From the NCBI GenBank assembly GCA_014382665.1, contig JACNJH010000134.1, positions 21,103-85,102 on the forward strand: a DNA stretch of 64,000 nucleotides. The letters run 5' to 3'. This document shows, piece by piece, positions 27,113 to 35,384 of the stretch. Made by a program: the position numbers and the translations under genes. Source of the DNA: Candidatus Desulfatibia profunda. GTDB lineage: Bacteria > Desulfobacterota > Desulfobacteria > Desulfobacterales > UBA11574. Each line of letters begins with the position of its first letter. Position 1 is the stretch's first letter. The notes beneath the pieces are model-generated. The model did not search any database and was not told where the DNA came from. It worked only from the letters and a program-made list of their open reading frames with translations.

Positions 27113-28075
27113 TTACACAGCTCCTTTACTAAAAACGTGCTTTTCGGGATCAACCCGTCCAGAAGTGTTTAACTTGGCAGTATCATCAAGATGCTGTCCT
27201 GAATGTTTATCTATCAATTCTTTTGCCAGTTTCAGATAACTCTGAGCACCGGCTGAGCTGATATCTTTTAGCAACAGAGGTCTGCCGTAAACAGCAGCTT
27301 CGCGTAGATGTATGCTTCTTGGGATTACCGTGTTAAACACCATCTGCTTAAAGTGGTTACGGACCTCATTGCCGATGAGCCGGGAAATATTTTCGGCGCT
27401 ATCAAACATGGTTAAAAGCAACCCGGAAATCTTTACTTTGGGGTTGTAATATTTCTTTAAAAACTGAACGGCCTTTAAGAGATGTTCCACCCCTTCTAAA
27501 GCATAAAATTCGCATTGGAGCGGGATCAGCAGAGAATCCGCTGCCGAGATGGCATTGACGGTTAAGAGGCTCAGAGAAGGGGACGAATCGATGATGATGT
27601 AGTCATATGTTTCCTTTAGTCCGCACAGAAGCTTGTGCAGAATCTTTTCTTTGTATGGTTTTGACATCAGTTCGGCCTCAGCGCGCATGAGTTCAATCCG
27701 GGCCGGAAGCGTATTTAAAGACTCAAGGTCACTTTTGATAATAGATGTTTCCAGCAGCGCCCTACCGGTGATTACATGGTAGATGGTGGCTGTTAATTTG
27801 GCTTTGTTGATCCCCATGGCAGAGGTAGCATGACCCTGCGGGTCGCAGTCGACCAGTAAAGATTTTTTTTCAGCAATGGCAAGGGCTGTCGAAAGATTGA
27901 CGGCAGTCGTCGTTTTTCCAACTCCCCCTTTTAAGCTTGCAATACAGATAATTTGCCCCATGCGGAGAACCCCAGTCGTACCTATCCCGGATTTTTCACG
28001 AGTTTGAAGAGTCTTCTCAAAAATTTTCATGAAATGCCCGGGCGATACATTATGTTCGTCAAGGTCTATGACCAC
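27113..28075 (-). CDS. Orphan ParA/Soj-type P-loop ATPase
   Basis: Deviant Walker A SLKGGVGKTTTAVNL and LLVDCDPQGHAT, on a ParA-like scaffold. The start is uncertain: GTG 28075 lies only about 20 nt from the putative -12 element, and Met39 at 27961 gives a canonical ParA N-terminus. Confidence 0.85.
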   Translation of the reverse strand: MVIDLDEHNVSPGHFMKIFEKTLQTREKSGIGTTGVLRMGQIICIASLKGGVGKTTTAVNLSTALAIAEKKSLLVDCDPQGHATSAMGINKAKLTATIYHVITGRALLETSIIKSDLESLNTLPARIELMRAEAELMSKPYKEKILHKLLCGLKETYDYIIIDSSPSLSLLTVNAISAADSLLIPLQCEFYALEGVEHLLKAVQFLKKYYNPKVKISGLLLTMFDSAENISRLIGNEVRNHFKQMVFNTVIPRSIHLREAAVYGRPLLLKDISSAGAQSYLKLAKELIDKHSGQHLDDTAKLNTSGRVDPEKHVFSKGAV

Positions 28076-28094
28076 TTATGATGATTTTAACCAT

Positions 28095-28109
28095 GCAAAA
28101 TATATACCA
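28095..28109 (-). promoter_or_regulatory. Sigma-54-like element TGGTAT-ATATT-TTGC (minus strand) upstream of the ParA-like operon
   Basis: GG-N10-GC geometry is correct. The -24 box deviates from consensus (TGGTAT versus TGGCAC). Confidence 0.4.
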
Positions 28110-28141
28110 ATTATGAGGCTCAAGCAGCGACCTTTAATTAA

Positions 28142-28156
28142 TGGAATGAGTTTTGC
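28142..28156 (+). promoter_or_regulatory. Sigma-54-like element TGGAAT-GAGTT-TTGC upstream of the 841-aa gene
   Basis: GG-N10-GC geometry is correct. It lies about 40 nt upstream of the GTG start and its AAGGAG RBS. Confidence 0.45.
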
Positions 28157-28196
28157 ATTAAACTAAAAAGATAAAGAAATCGCAAAGGAGATTCCT

Positions 28197-30722
28197 GTGG
28201 GTCTTTTCATAACACTAAATGGCATCGACCAAGCCGTATCCGGTCTCAATTACAACAACAGAAACACGTTAAAGCATAAAATGATCCATCTTATTAGACA
28301 AGCTTATCCGGATGACAGTTCCGTTGAATCATTAGAGGGTATCAACCCGGACGAATTAATAAAGGCGCTGTGGGATACGGATGATGATTCAGAATCCATC
28401 AGAAACAGAAGGAAAAATTTTAACTGTATCAAATCATCCGTGAATGCGGACTTGAGAAAGCTTTATAAGGAAGGGAAAAATCCGGAAGGGATAATCATCG
28501 GACCTGACAACACTTTTATGATGTCCGCGGAGGCCAAGGATAGCGTTCTTGAAAAGATAGGATTTGATATAAAATCAAATGGGACCGTTTCTTTAGACCA
28601 GATAATGGATATCCTTAAGATGATCCATGAAACCCTGTCGGGTTCCATGGAAGTTGAAGAGACGGAAGGCATTGGAGGTTTAAGTCAATTAGACCAACTG
28701 AAAGACCTTCTTCAGGGTTTGTCGAAATTGACCGGTTCAGCAGAGAAAGAGCTTAAGCAGACGGTTTCTGAAACAAGCAGAATGAAATCCGATGCTGCCG
28801 CAACAGGAAATATTAGATTCAAAGACGACATAGAAAGCTTGGATAAAATTGAAGTTGCGGATGATAATGCAGAAACCGGTATCGGCCAAAAGGGCGCCGG
28901 CCGGGATCTTCAGGGGAAAGATTCAGGTAAGGGCGATGCGGTCGCCGGCGATGACGGGGAGGCGGGAGTCAAAAAGACCTCCGGTCATTTTGATGACGCC
29001 GGTTTGCAGGAAAATTTTGAGGTGGAGGATCCTGAAGACGTTGAGAGGGTCGAGGACCCAGAAGAGGATAACGTTTTAGATGAAGTGACGGAAGTTGAAC
29101 TGGACGAAACTGCTGAAGATTCTGAAGACGTTGAAGAGGTCGAGGACCTAGAAGAGGAGGACGTTTTAGATGAAGTAGTGGAAGTTGCGCCGGATGAAGT
29201 TGCTGAAGACGTTGAGGAAGCCGAGGACCTAGAAGAGGATGCCGTTTTAGATGAAGTGGGGGAAGCCGAGCCGGATAAAGCTGTTGAAGATTCTGAAAAT
29301 CCGGAAGAAACTGGGGCGGCCGGCAGCGGTGAAGCGCCGGCGGGCGGCATGATTGAGAAAAATCTCGAAGCATTGGGATCTGAGGACGATGTTGGGCGTG
29401 CCGGTGCTGGTGGAGATGTCGCAGGTCCGGGTTTTCAAGGGAAAGCTTCGGGTGAAAACGATGCTGCCGTTGGCGATGACGGGAAGGCGGGTGCTGAAGA
29501 GACCTCCGGTCATTTTGATGAAGCCGGTTTGCAGGAAGATTTAAAGATAGATGCTCCTGAAGATGTTGAGGAAGTCGAGGACCTAGAGGAAGATGAGGTT
29601 TTAGATGAAGTGGTGGAAGTTGCGCCGGATGAAGTTGCTGAAGACGTTGAGGAAGCCGAGGACCTAGAAGAGGATGCCGTTTTAGATGAAGTGGAGGAAG
29701 TCGAACCCGAAGAAGCTGCAGTGGAGGCCGATCTTGACGAAAGTTATGAAGCTGATGATAATGAGCTTGAAGGGGGTGAGCCCTCAGATGACTTTGAGGA
29801 GATTGAAACGGCACAAGATCCCGCGGATTTAGGACTTCCGGTCGATTCTTTGGGGCAGGAGCATTCCGATGAAGTCAGTGACGAAATTCAAAAAGCAAAA
29901 CTTCTGGCTGAAAGCTTTGACGGTTACCTCGGTGCCATGGATAGATATTACAACCAGTATGTTTTTATTCCAAAAGGGGAATACATCATTGGCGGCAGAA
30001 ATGGCAAAAAAGCTGACAGGCCTGAGCAGAAGGTTTTCTTATCGTCATTTTATATCGGCCGGTTTCCGATTACCAACGCTCTTTTTGAGATTTTTGTCGA
30101 AAAAACAGGATATATAACCCATGCCGAAAAGGTTGGATATGGAACCGTTTACTACGGTCGTTTTCAAAAGATCAAAAACGAAAGAACCGGTTTAATCACA
30201 TCTACATGGAATTCTTGCCTTCATTGTGAAACTGTCCAGGGCGCATATTGGTATCAGCCGTCCGGTGCAGGGAGCACGCTTCACAACAAAAGGGCTCATC
30301 CTGTTGTTCAAATTGCCTTGGAGGATTCCATGGCTTTTGCAGCCTGGACTGGAAAAAGAATCCCGACCGAAAATGAATGGGAGGCGGCTTCCGGAGCGGC
30401 AAAGAGCTTGATGTATCCCTGGGGACCGGATTGGAAAGACAATGCGTGCAACATTGAGAATAGTTGTGCCGGGGATACGACGCCGGTTGACCAGTACGTG
30501 GAATTTGAAAATGATTTTGGGATAGTCGATACGATGGGAAATGTTTTGGAATGGACTTCGGACAGCATAGAGACACTCTCAGACAAAGGCGAAAAATACA
30601 GATACCATATCGCTAAAGGAGGAAGCTGGATTTCCGGAAAGGATATCAGGTTATTCAGCCGCTTCGAGTTAGAACCTGAATCGCACTCTAACATTCTTGG
30701 GTTCAGATGTGTCGCCCATTAA
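28197..30722 (+). CDS. Large protein: unknown N-domain, hyper-acidic repeat region, and C-terminal FGE/SUMF1-type (formylglycine-generating-enzyme-like) domain
   Basis: GTG start 6 nt after AAGGAG. The C-terminal ~270 aa carry YPWGPDW, GNVLEWTSD, AKGGSWISG and GFRCV. The central part is built from D/E-rich repeats. Confidence 0.8.
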   Translation: MGLFITLNGIDQAVSGLNYNNRNTLKHKMIHLIRQAYPDDSSVESLEGINPDELIKALWDTDDDSESIRNRRKNFNCIKSSVNADLRKLYKEGKNPEGIIIGPDNTFMMSAEAKDSVLEKIGFDIKSNGTVSLDQIMDILKMIHETLSGSMEVEETEGIGGLSQLDQLKDLLQGLSKLTGSAEKELKQTVSETSRMKSDAAATGNIRFKDDIESLDKIEVADDNAETGIGQKGAGRDLQGKDSGKGDAVAGDDGEAGVKKTSGHFDDAGLQENFEVEDPEDVERVEDPEEDNVLDEVTEVELDETAEDSEDVEEVEDLEEEDVLDEVVEVAPDEVAEDVEEAEDLEEDAVLDEVGEAEPDKAVEDSENPEETGAAGSGEAPAGGMIEKNLEALGSEDDVGRAGAGGDVAGPGFQGKASGENDAAVGDDGKAGAEETSGHFDEAGLQEDLKIDAPEDVEEVEDLEEDEVLDEVVEVAPDEVAEDVEEAEDLEEDAVLDEVEEVEPEEAAVEADLDESYEADDNELEGGEPSDDFEEIETAQDPADLGLPVDSLGQEHSDEVSDEIQKAKLLAESFDGYLGAMDRYYNQYVFIPKGEYIIGGRNGKKADRPEQKVFLSSFYIGRFPITNALFEIFVEKTGYITHAEKVGYGTVYYGRFQKIKNERTGLITSTWNSCLHCETVQGAYWYQPSGAGSTLHNKRAHPVVQIALEDSMAFAAWTGKRIPTENEWEAASGAAKSLMYPWGPDWKDNACNIENSCAGDTTPVDQYVEFENDFGIVDTMGNVLEWTSDSIETLSDKGEKYRYHIAKGGSWISGKDIRLFSRFELEPESHSNILGFRCVAH
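28908..29720 (+). repeat. Intragenic segmental duplication encoding the acidic repeat
   Basis: Two large units (about 28908-29300 and 29434-29720) contain VEDLEE(D/E)xVLDEV sub-repeats. 29178-29259 is identical to 29613-29694 (82 nt). Confidence 0.85.
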
Positions 30723-30806
30723 TTTTGAATCTATTAATTAATTCAAGCATTTACACCATTACCTCTTGCGTCCAAAGGGTGAGAATTTTTGATGAAATTT
30801 TCGGGC

Positions 30807-31730
30807 TTAGGGTTCATATGTAATTCGGATTCGGGGCGGTGTCGGCTGATCGTCCAGTTCCATGATGACATATCGCAGCAAGGACCGGATGCCTTCGTTT
30901 TGTCCGGGGTTGATGCAGAGGGTGTTTTCAATGGTGGTGCGAATCGTGCCGGAACGGGCGGGAGCGCCGTGGATGTGGCCGTGCAGTGATGCGATCAGAA
31001 GGCCCCTGCGGGACCAGTCTTCAATAAACCTCCTGATGCTGATACTTCCCACATGCAGGCCGTTGTCCAGAACATCTAAAGGGGTTTGATACGGCGGGGA
31101 ATGCGCAACAAATATAAACGGCCGGTCGATCGATTCAGATAATCGGGCAAGGTCGTTTTCAATGGTATCATCAGAAGTCAGATCGATAACGGTTTCGACT
31201 AAGTTGCCGCTTGCTGACGAATACCCGTCTAAAGCAACGATGTTGCCTTTAGCAAACGGCGCATCGGGTGTATCCGGTTTTTCCCAGTCTTTGCGGTAAA
31301 ACGGTGTCGGCGGTACGATCATGTAACCGATAATATCGACATGGTCGCTAAGCATGTACTTGCGCATATGCAGAAGCTTGATCAGTCCAAGATTGAGATC
31401 TTTTAGAATTTCGCGGTTGTAGACAAAATCATCGTTGGCAAGATCAAGATAAATGGCGATCGGCCGGCGTTCTTTAAAATTTTTGATCGCAGGCATAAAA
31501 ATATTCTTAAGATACAAGGCCTGGGCCTGCAAGACACCGACCGTGTCGGCATCCGGCAGGTAGTGCGGAACAATGTCGCCGCCGACGATAACCACGTCCA
31601 CCGCTTCTTTCTCAGCAATGTTCAGCATGGCATAGAGATGGTGGGGATTGGCATGAATGTCTGAGGTGTATAGGATTCTCATGTCACCTGTTCTCTTTGG
31701 GACAGTGCTACTTTCGATTGAATTTGTCAA
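30807..31730 (-). CDS. Calcineurin-like metallophosphoesterase
   Basis: MRILYTSDIHAN, VVIVGGDIV and SLHGHIHG motifs. The true start is possibly Met17 (31682). Confidence 0.8.
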   Translation of the reverse strand: MTNSIESSTVPKRTGDMRILYTSDIHANPHHLYAMLNIAEKEAVDVVIVGGDIVPHYLPDADTVGVLQAQALYLKNIFMPAIKNFKERRPIAIYLDLANDDFVYNREILKDLNLGLIKLLHMRKYMLSDHVDIIGYMIVPPTPFYRKDWEKPDTPDAPFAKGNIVALDGYSSASGNLVETVIDLTSDDTIENDLARLSESIDRPFIFVAHSPPYQTPLDVLDNGLHVGSISIRRFIEDWSRRGLLIASLHGHIHGAPARSGTIRTTIENTLCINPGQNEGIRSLLRYVIMELDDQPTPPRIRITYEP

Positions 31731-31940
31731 GGATGCGTTTTTAGCGCCAAGCGCTTTTATTTACGCTTGTCATGCCCTTCTTCTCATGAGTATAACCCTA
31801 ATTGAGCCTAAACAAAACAGAGAATGATCACAATATTTTTATTTCAGGGTATAACTTCGACTGTGCCTAAACAAAATGAAGGAACATTGCAGGATAAGTT
31901 ATAATCCCTGCCCTTATCCGGCCCAATCAGGAAAATCTTT

Positions 31941-33062
31941 ATGAGAACACCTTCCAACGACAAGATTGTGGAAGCGGCTGTTGCGCTGGCCGAAGCCTGG
32001 CAGAACCGGGCTAACGAGTTATTGACGGCCGAGGAAAAGGGAATCGCCCAGCAGGCCTACTTGCCGGACTCTTATGACATGCAAAAAGAGCTTACAGCCT
32101 GGGCCGGAAAGCGGGTGGCAAGCGGCGGAAGCCCCATCAGGATTCGAATCGTCAAAGGCGCCAACATGGAAATGGAGCAGCTCGAGGCCGCCATTCATAA
32201 CGGGTTGACTTCGGGTCTGGAAAGCTTGGACCGACGGGAACAGGAATACTGGCGGGAACGTATCAATGCCGGCAACCTTTATATCAACCGGGGGACCACC
32301 GGTGCCATGGTTTTGCGCCAGCCGTTCGGCGGCATGGGCAAATCGGCTCTGGGTGCCGGTATTAAGGCCGGCGGCCCGAATTATGTCTCCCAGTTTATGG
32401 ATTTTGAGGAAGTCGATTTGCCTTTTGTCGGCGCGATTCAGGATGATCATGCCTTGCTGCGTCTGGCCGCTGAATGGAAGCAAAAGCTAAATTGGGGCCA
32501 GTTGGGTGAGTTTAAGATCGACCTGCTTAAAACCATCCGGGCCGTTAAAAGTTACCTGTACCATTGGGAGCAGGAATTTTCGCAAGAAAAGGATTACTTC
32601 CATCTGCGGGGGCAGGATAACATAGTCCGTTATTTGCCCGTCGGTACGGTTGTGGTTCGCATCCATCCGGACGACAGCCTGTTCGATGTTCTGGCCAGAG
32701 TCGCCGCCGTCAAGATTTCAGGATGTAACCTGCTGATCAGCCTTACCAGAGGGTTGAATAACAAGGTAACCGAGTTTCTTAAAAACAATCCGGGCAAACG
32801 CTTTATAGATGATACCGCTGTGACGGAACAGTCCGACAAGGATCTTGTTGCGATCATCCCCGGGATTCAGCGCATCCGCTATGCCGCCCCGGGCCGGGTG
32901 CCGGAAGACGTATTCCGGGCGGCGGCAAGGACCGGCCTTTATATCTCGCGGACGCCGGTGTTGATGGAAGGCAGAATCGAGGTGTTGCAGTATTTGCGGG
33001 AGCAGAGCATCTGCAACAACTACCACCGCTATGGGAATCTGGGAGAAAGAGCGCTAATTTAA
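31941..33062 (+). pseudogene. Internally collapsed PutA-like gene (proline dehydrogenase / P5C dehydrogenase remnant)
   Basis: The 373-aa ORF joins a PRODH-end segment (AYLPDS...GGSPIRIRIVKGANMEMEQLEAAIHNG) directly to an ALDH-end segment (LTSGLESLD...NLYINRGTTGAMVLRQPFGGMGKSALGAGIKAGGPNYV) plus the PutA C-terminal domain. The PRODH barrel and the ALDH catalytic core are absent. Confidence 0.6.
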
Positions 33063-33117
33063 TCATCGCGGTCTAAGTTTGAGGAGTAACTAGTTAAAAT
33101 AAAGGGAAAATCATAGG

Positions 33118-33483
33118 ATGGCTCAACTTGTCGCCGATCGCCGGGACGCCAATTTTGTCCCGCACGAACAATTGCAAGTTGAAGATCTCAGCAAACATGA
33201 AAGGTTTGCAGCGTTCAACAAAAAGACCGTGGACATGATTATCTCGGAAGCACGCAATCTGGCTATCAAGGAGATTCTGCCCACCCGGGCAATAGGGGAC
33301 CGGGAAGGCTGCAAGTTCGAAAACGGGAAGGTGGCGGTTCCGGAATCCTTTCACCGAGCTTGGGAACTTTTAAAGGCAGGCGAGTGGATTGCCATGCCTG
33401 AAATCCCGGAATGGGGAGGCCAGGGGAATGCCTGCGGCGGTGGAAATTTCCGAGGAATCATTCGGCGGATAGTCTGCTTTTAA
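33118..33483 (+). pseudogene. Acyl-CoA dehydrogenase N-terminal stub
   Basis: The first ~103 aa match the N-terminus of long (about 600 aa) acyl-CoA dehydrogenases, up to ...PEWGGQG. The sequence then diverges and stops 18 codons later, overlapping the 3' end of the convergent fadD. Confidence 0.6.
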
Positions 33484-35174
33484 GTCCTTTTACTCAATTC
33501 TTCTGCCCGGAGTTCCTTTTTCAAAATTTTGCCCACATTGCTTTTAGGAAGTTTGGCCCTGAATTCAATCTCCGTCGGGAGTTTGTATGCGGCCAATTTG
33601 TCTTTGCAATAATCGATAAGTTCTTCTTGGGTTGCGGTTTTTCCTGCCTTCAATACCATGAAGACTTTAACCTGCTCGCCGCGTGTGGGGTGCGGAACTC
33701 CGATGGCGGTTGCTTCCAGGACCTTGGGATGCTCATAAAATACTTCCTCGATATCGCGCGGATAGACATTATAGCCTCCGGATAAGATCATATCTTTTTT
33801 GCGGTCAACAATATAAAAATATCCTTCTTCATCCATTTTGGCGATATCTCCGGTATGGAGCCAGCCGTCTGTGAGGGTTGCGGCGGTTTCTTCGGGTTGA
33901 TTACGGTATCCTTTCATTACCTGCGGCCCTTTTACAAGAAGTTCACCGGCTTCGCCAACCGGAACAACTGTCTTGCCGTCGGCAATATCGACAATGCGAC
34001 ATTGGGTGTCGGAAATCGGGACACCGATACTTCCGACTTTGCGTTTGCCGCCGGCAAACGGGTTGATATGCGTTACCGGTGACGACTCCGTCAGGCCGAA
34101 GCCTTCTACGATGACGGCCCCGGTCTTGTTTTCGAAATCTTTGATAACTTCAAGCGGCAGCGGGGCACTTCCGGAAAAGCATCCTTTAATGGAAGTCAGG
34201 TCGACTTTACTGATCTTGGGATGATTGAGCATACCGATATACATGGTCGGGACCAGCGGCACAAAGGTCGGCCTGTGTTTGCCGATGGATTCCAGTAAAG
34301 ATTCCGGCTGGGGTTTGGGAATGAGAATTTGCCCCCATCCCATGTATATGGCAAAATTCATGGCGGTTGACAAACCAAACACATGGAAATACGGCAGCGC
34401 TCCCAGCATGATTTCATTACCCTTGCTGAAGGTTGGAAACCAGGCGGCGACCTGCTGGACCTGTTTGCTGAGGTTGCCGTGGGTGAGCATTACGCCTTTG
34501 GAAACACCCGTGGTCCCGCCGGTATACTGATACATGGCCACATCGTCAAAAGAAAGTTCAACCGGCGGAGGATTGGGGGCATGGCGAGCCAGCAGGTCTT
34601 TCCATTTGTAGACATGTTCAGCAGATTTTACATCGGCGGCCAGGTTTTTCCTTTTGGCAACCAGCCCAAATAAAAGATTCTTTGGGAAGGGCAGGTAATC
34701 GCCGATAGACGTGTAAATGATCTGCTTGATCCGGGTCTTTTTCTTAAGATCGATCATGCGGTTGCCGAGAAGATCCAAGGTTATGAGGGCTTTTGATTCG
34801 GAATCATTGCATTGATATTCCAGTTCCCGGTCGCAATACAGAGGGTTGTTCATGACCGTAATGGCGCCTATTTTTAGTATGGCGTAATAGGCCGCAACGC
34901 AAGGAATAAGATTTGGCAGCAGGATGGCCACACTATCGCCTTTTTTGATGCCGAAGGTATGGAGGCCGGTGGCAAACCGGTTTACCATCTCATTCAAGCG
35001 GTGGTATGAAATCTTATAACCCTGAAACAGCAGGGCCGTTTTGTCGGGAAACCGGCCGGCCGAGCGTTCCAGAATGGCAGGCAGAGATATTTTTTCATAA
35101 TCTATCTTTTCCGGGACACCTTTTTCATAGCTGGCCAACCACGGCTTGTCTTCATATCTTATTTCCGCGGACAC
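33480..35174 (-). CDS. fadD: Long-chain fatty-acid--CoA ligase
   Basis: AMP-binding motifs YTGGTTGVSKGVMLTH, GYGLTE-like EGFGLTESS, and TGDIAKMDEEGYFYIVDRKKD. Confidence 0.9.
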   Translation of the reverse strand: MSAEIRYEDKPWLASYEKGVPEKIDYEKISLPAILERSAGRFPDKTALLFQGYKISYHRLNEMVNRFATGLHTFGIKKGDSVAILLPNLIPCVAAYYAILKIGAITVMNNPLYCDRELEYQCNDSESKALITLDLLGNRMIDLKKKTRIKQIIYTSIGDYLPFPKNLLFGLVAKRKNLAADVKSAEHVYKWKDLLARHAPNPPPVELSFDDVAMYQYTGGTTGVSKGVMLTHGNLSKQVQQVAAWFPTFSKGNEIMLGALPYFHVFGLSTAMNFAIYMGWGQILIPKPQPESLLESIGKHRPTFVPLVPTMYIGMLNHPKISKVDLTSIKGCFSGSAPLPLEVIKDFENKTGAVIVEGFGLTESSPVTHINPFAGGKRKVGSIGVPISDTQCRIVDIADGKTVVPVGEAGELLVKGPQVMKGYRNQPEETAATLTDGWLHTGDIAKMDEEGYFYIVDRKKDMILSGGYNVYPRDIEEVFYEHPKVLEATAIGVPHPTRGEQVKVFMVLKAGKTATQEELIDYCKDKLAAYKLPTEIEFRAKLPKSNVGKILKKELRAEELSKRT

Positions 35175-35384
35175 ATAAGCCTCCTTATAACTTTACATAA
35201 ACGGATCGGTTCCGGGTTCCCAGTTCAACCCTGAACCGCTTAACCTATGTTTTAGTGTATCTGATAGGATGAAAAAGGGTTGTTGTCAAGAAAGCGAAAG
35301 GGGTATATCCTAAAACGTTCACCTATCCAACATTGATTCGTGGATGGACACTAACTAGTTGCGAAGGGGGTTGAAGACAAGCAA

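Noticed and set aside
28849-29720. A repetitive array that could superficially be taken for a CRISPR or tandem non-coding repeat.
   Set aside because: The repeats are in-frame coding units of variable length with no unique spacers of constant size. No cas genes are nearby, and the frame is continuous from 28197 to 30722.
28969-29814. A 281-aa P/L/H/Q-rich ORF, with a 121-aa S/T-rich ORF at 28985-29350, on the minus strand.
   Set aside because: These are antisense shadows of the GAA/GAG/GAT-rich acidic repeat of the 841-aa gene. They have low-complexity composition and no RBS, and they lie entirely inside a well-supported plus-strand CDS.
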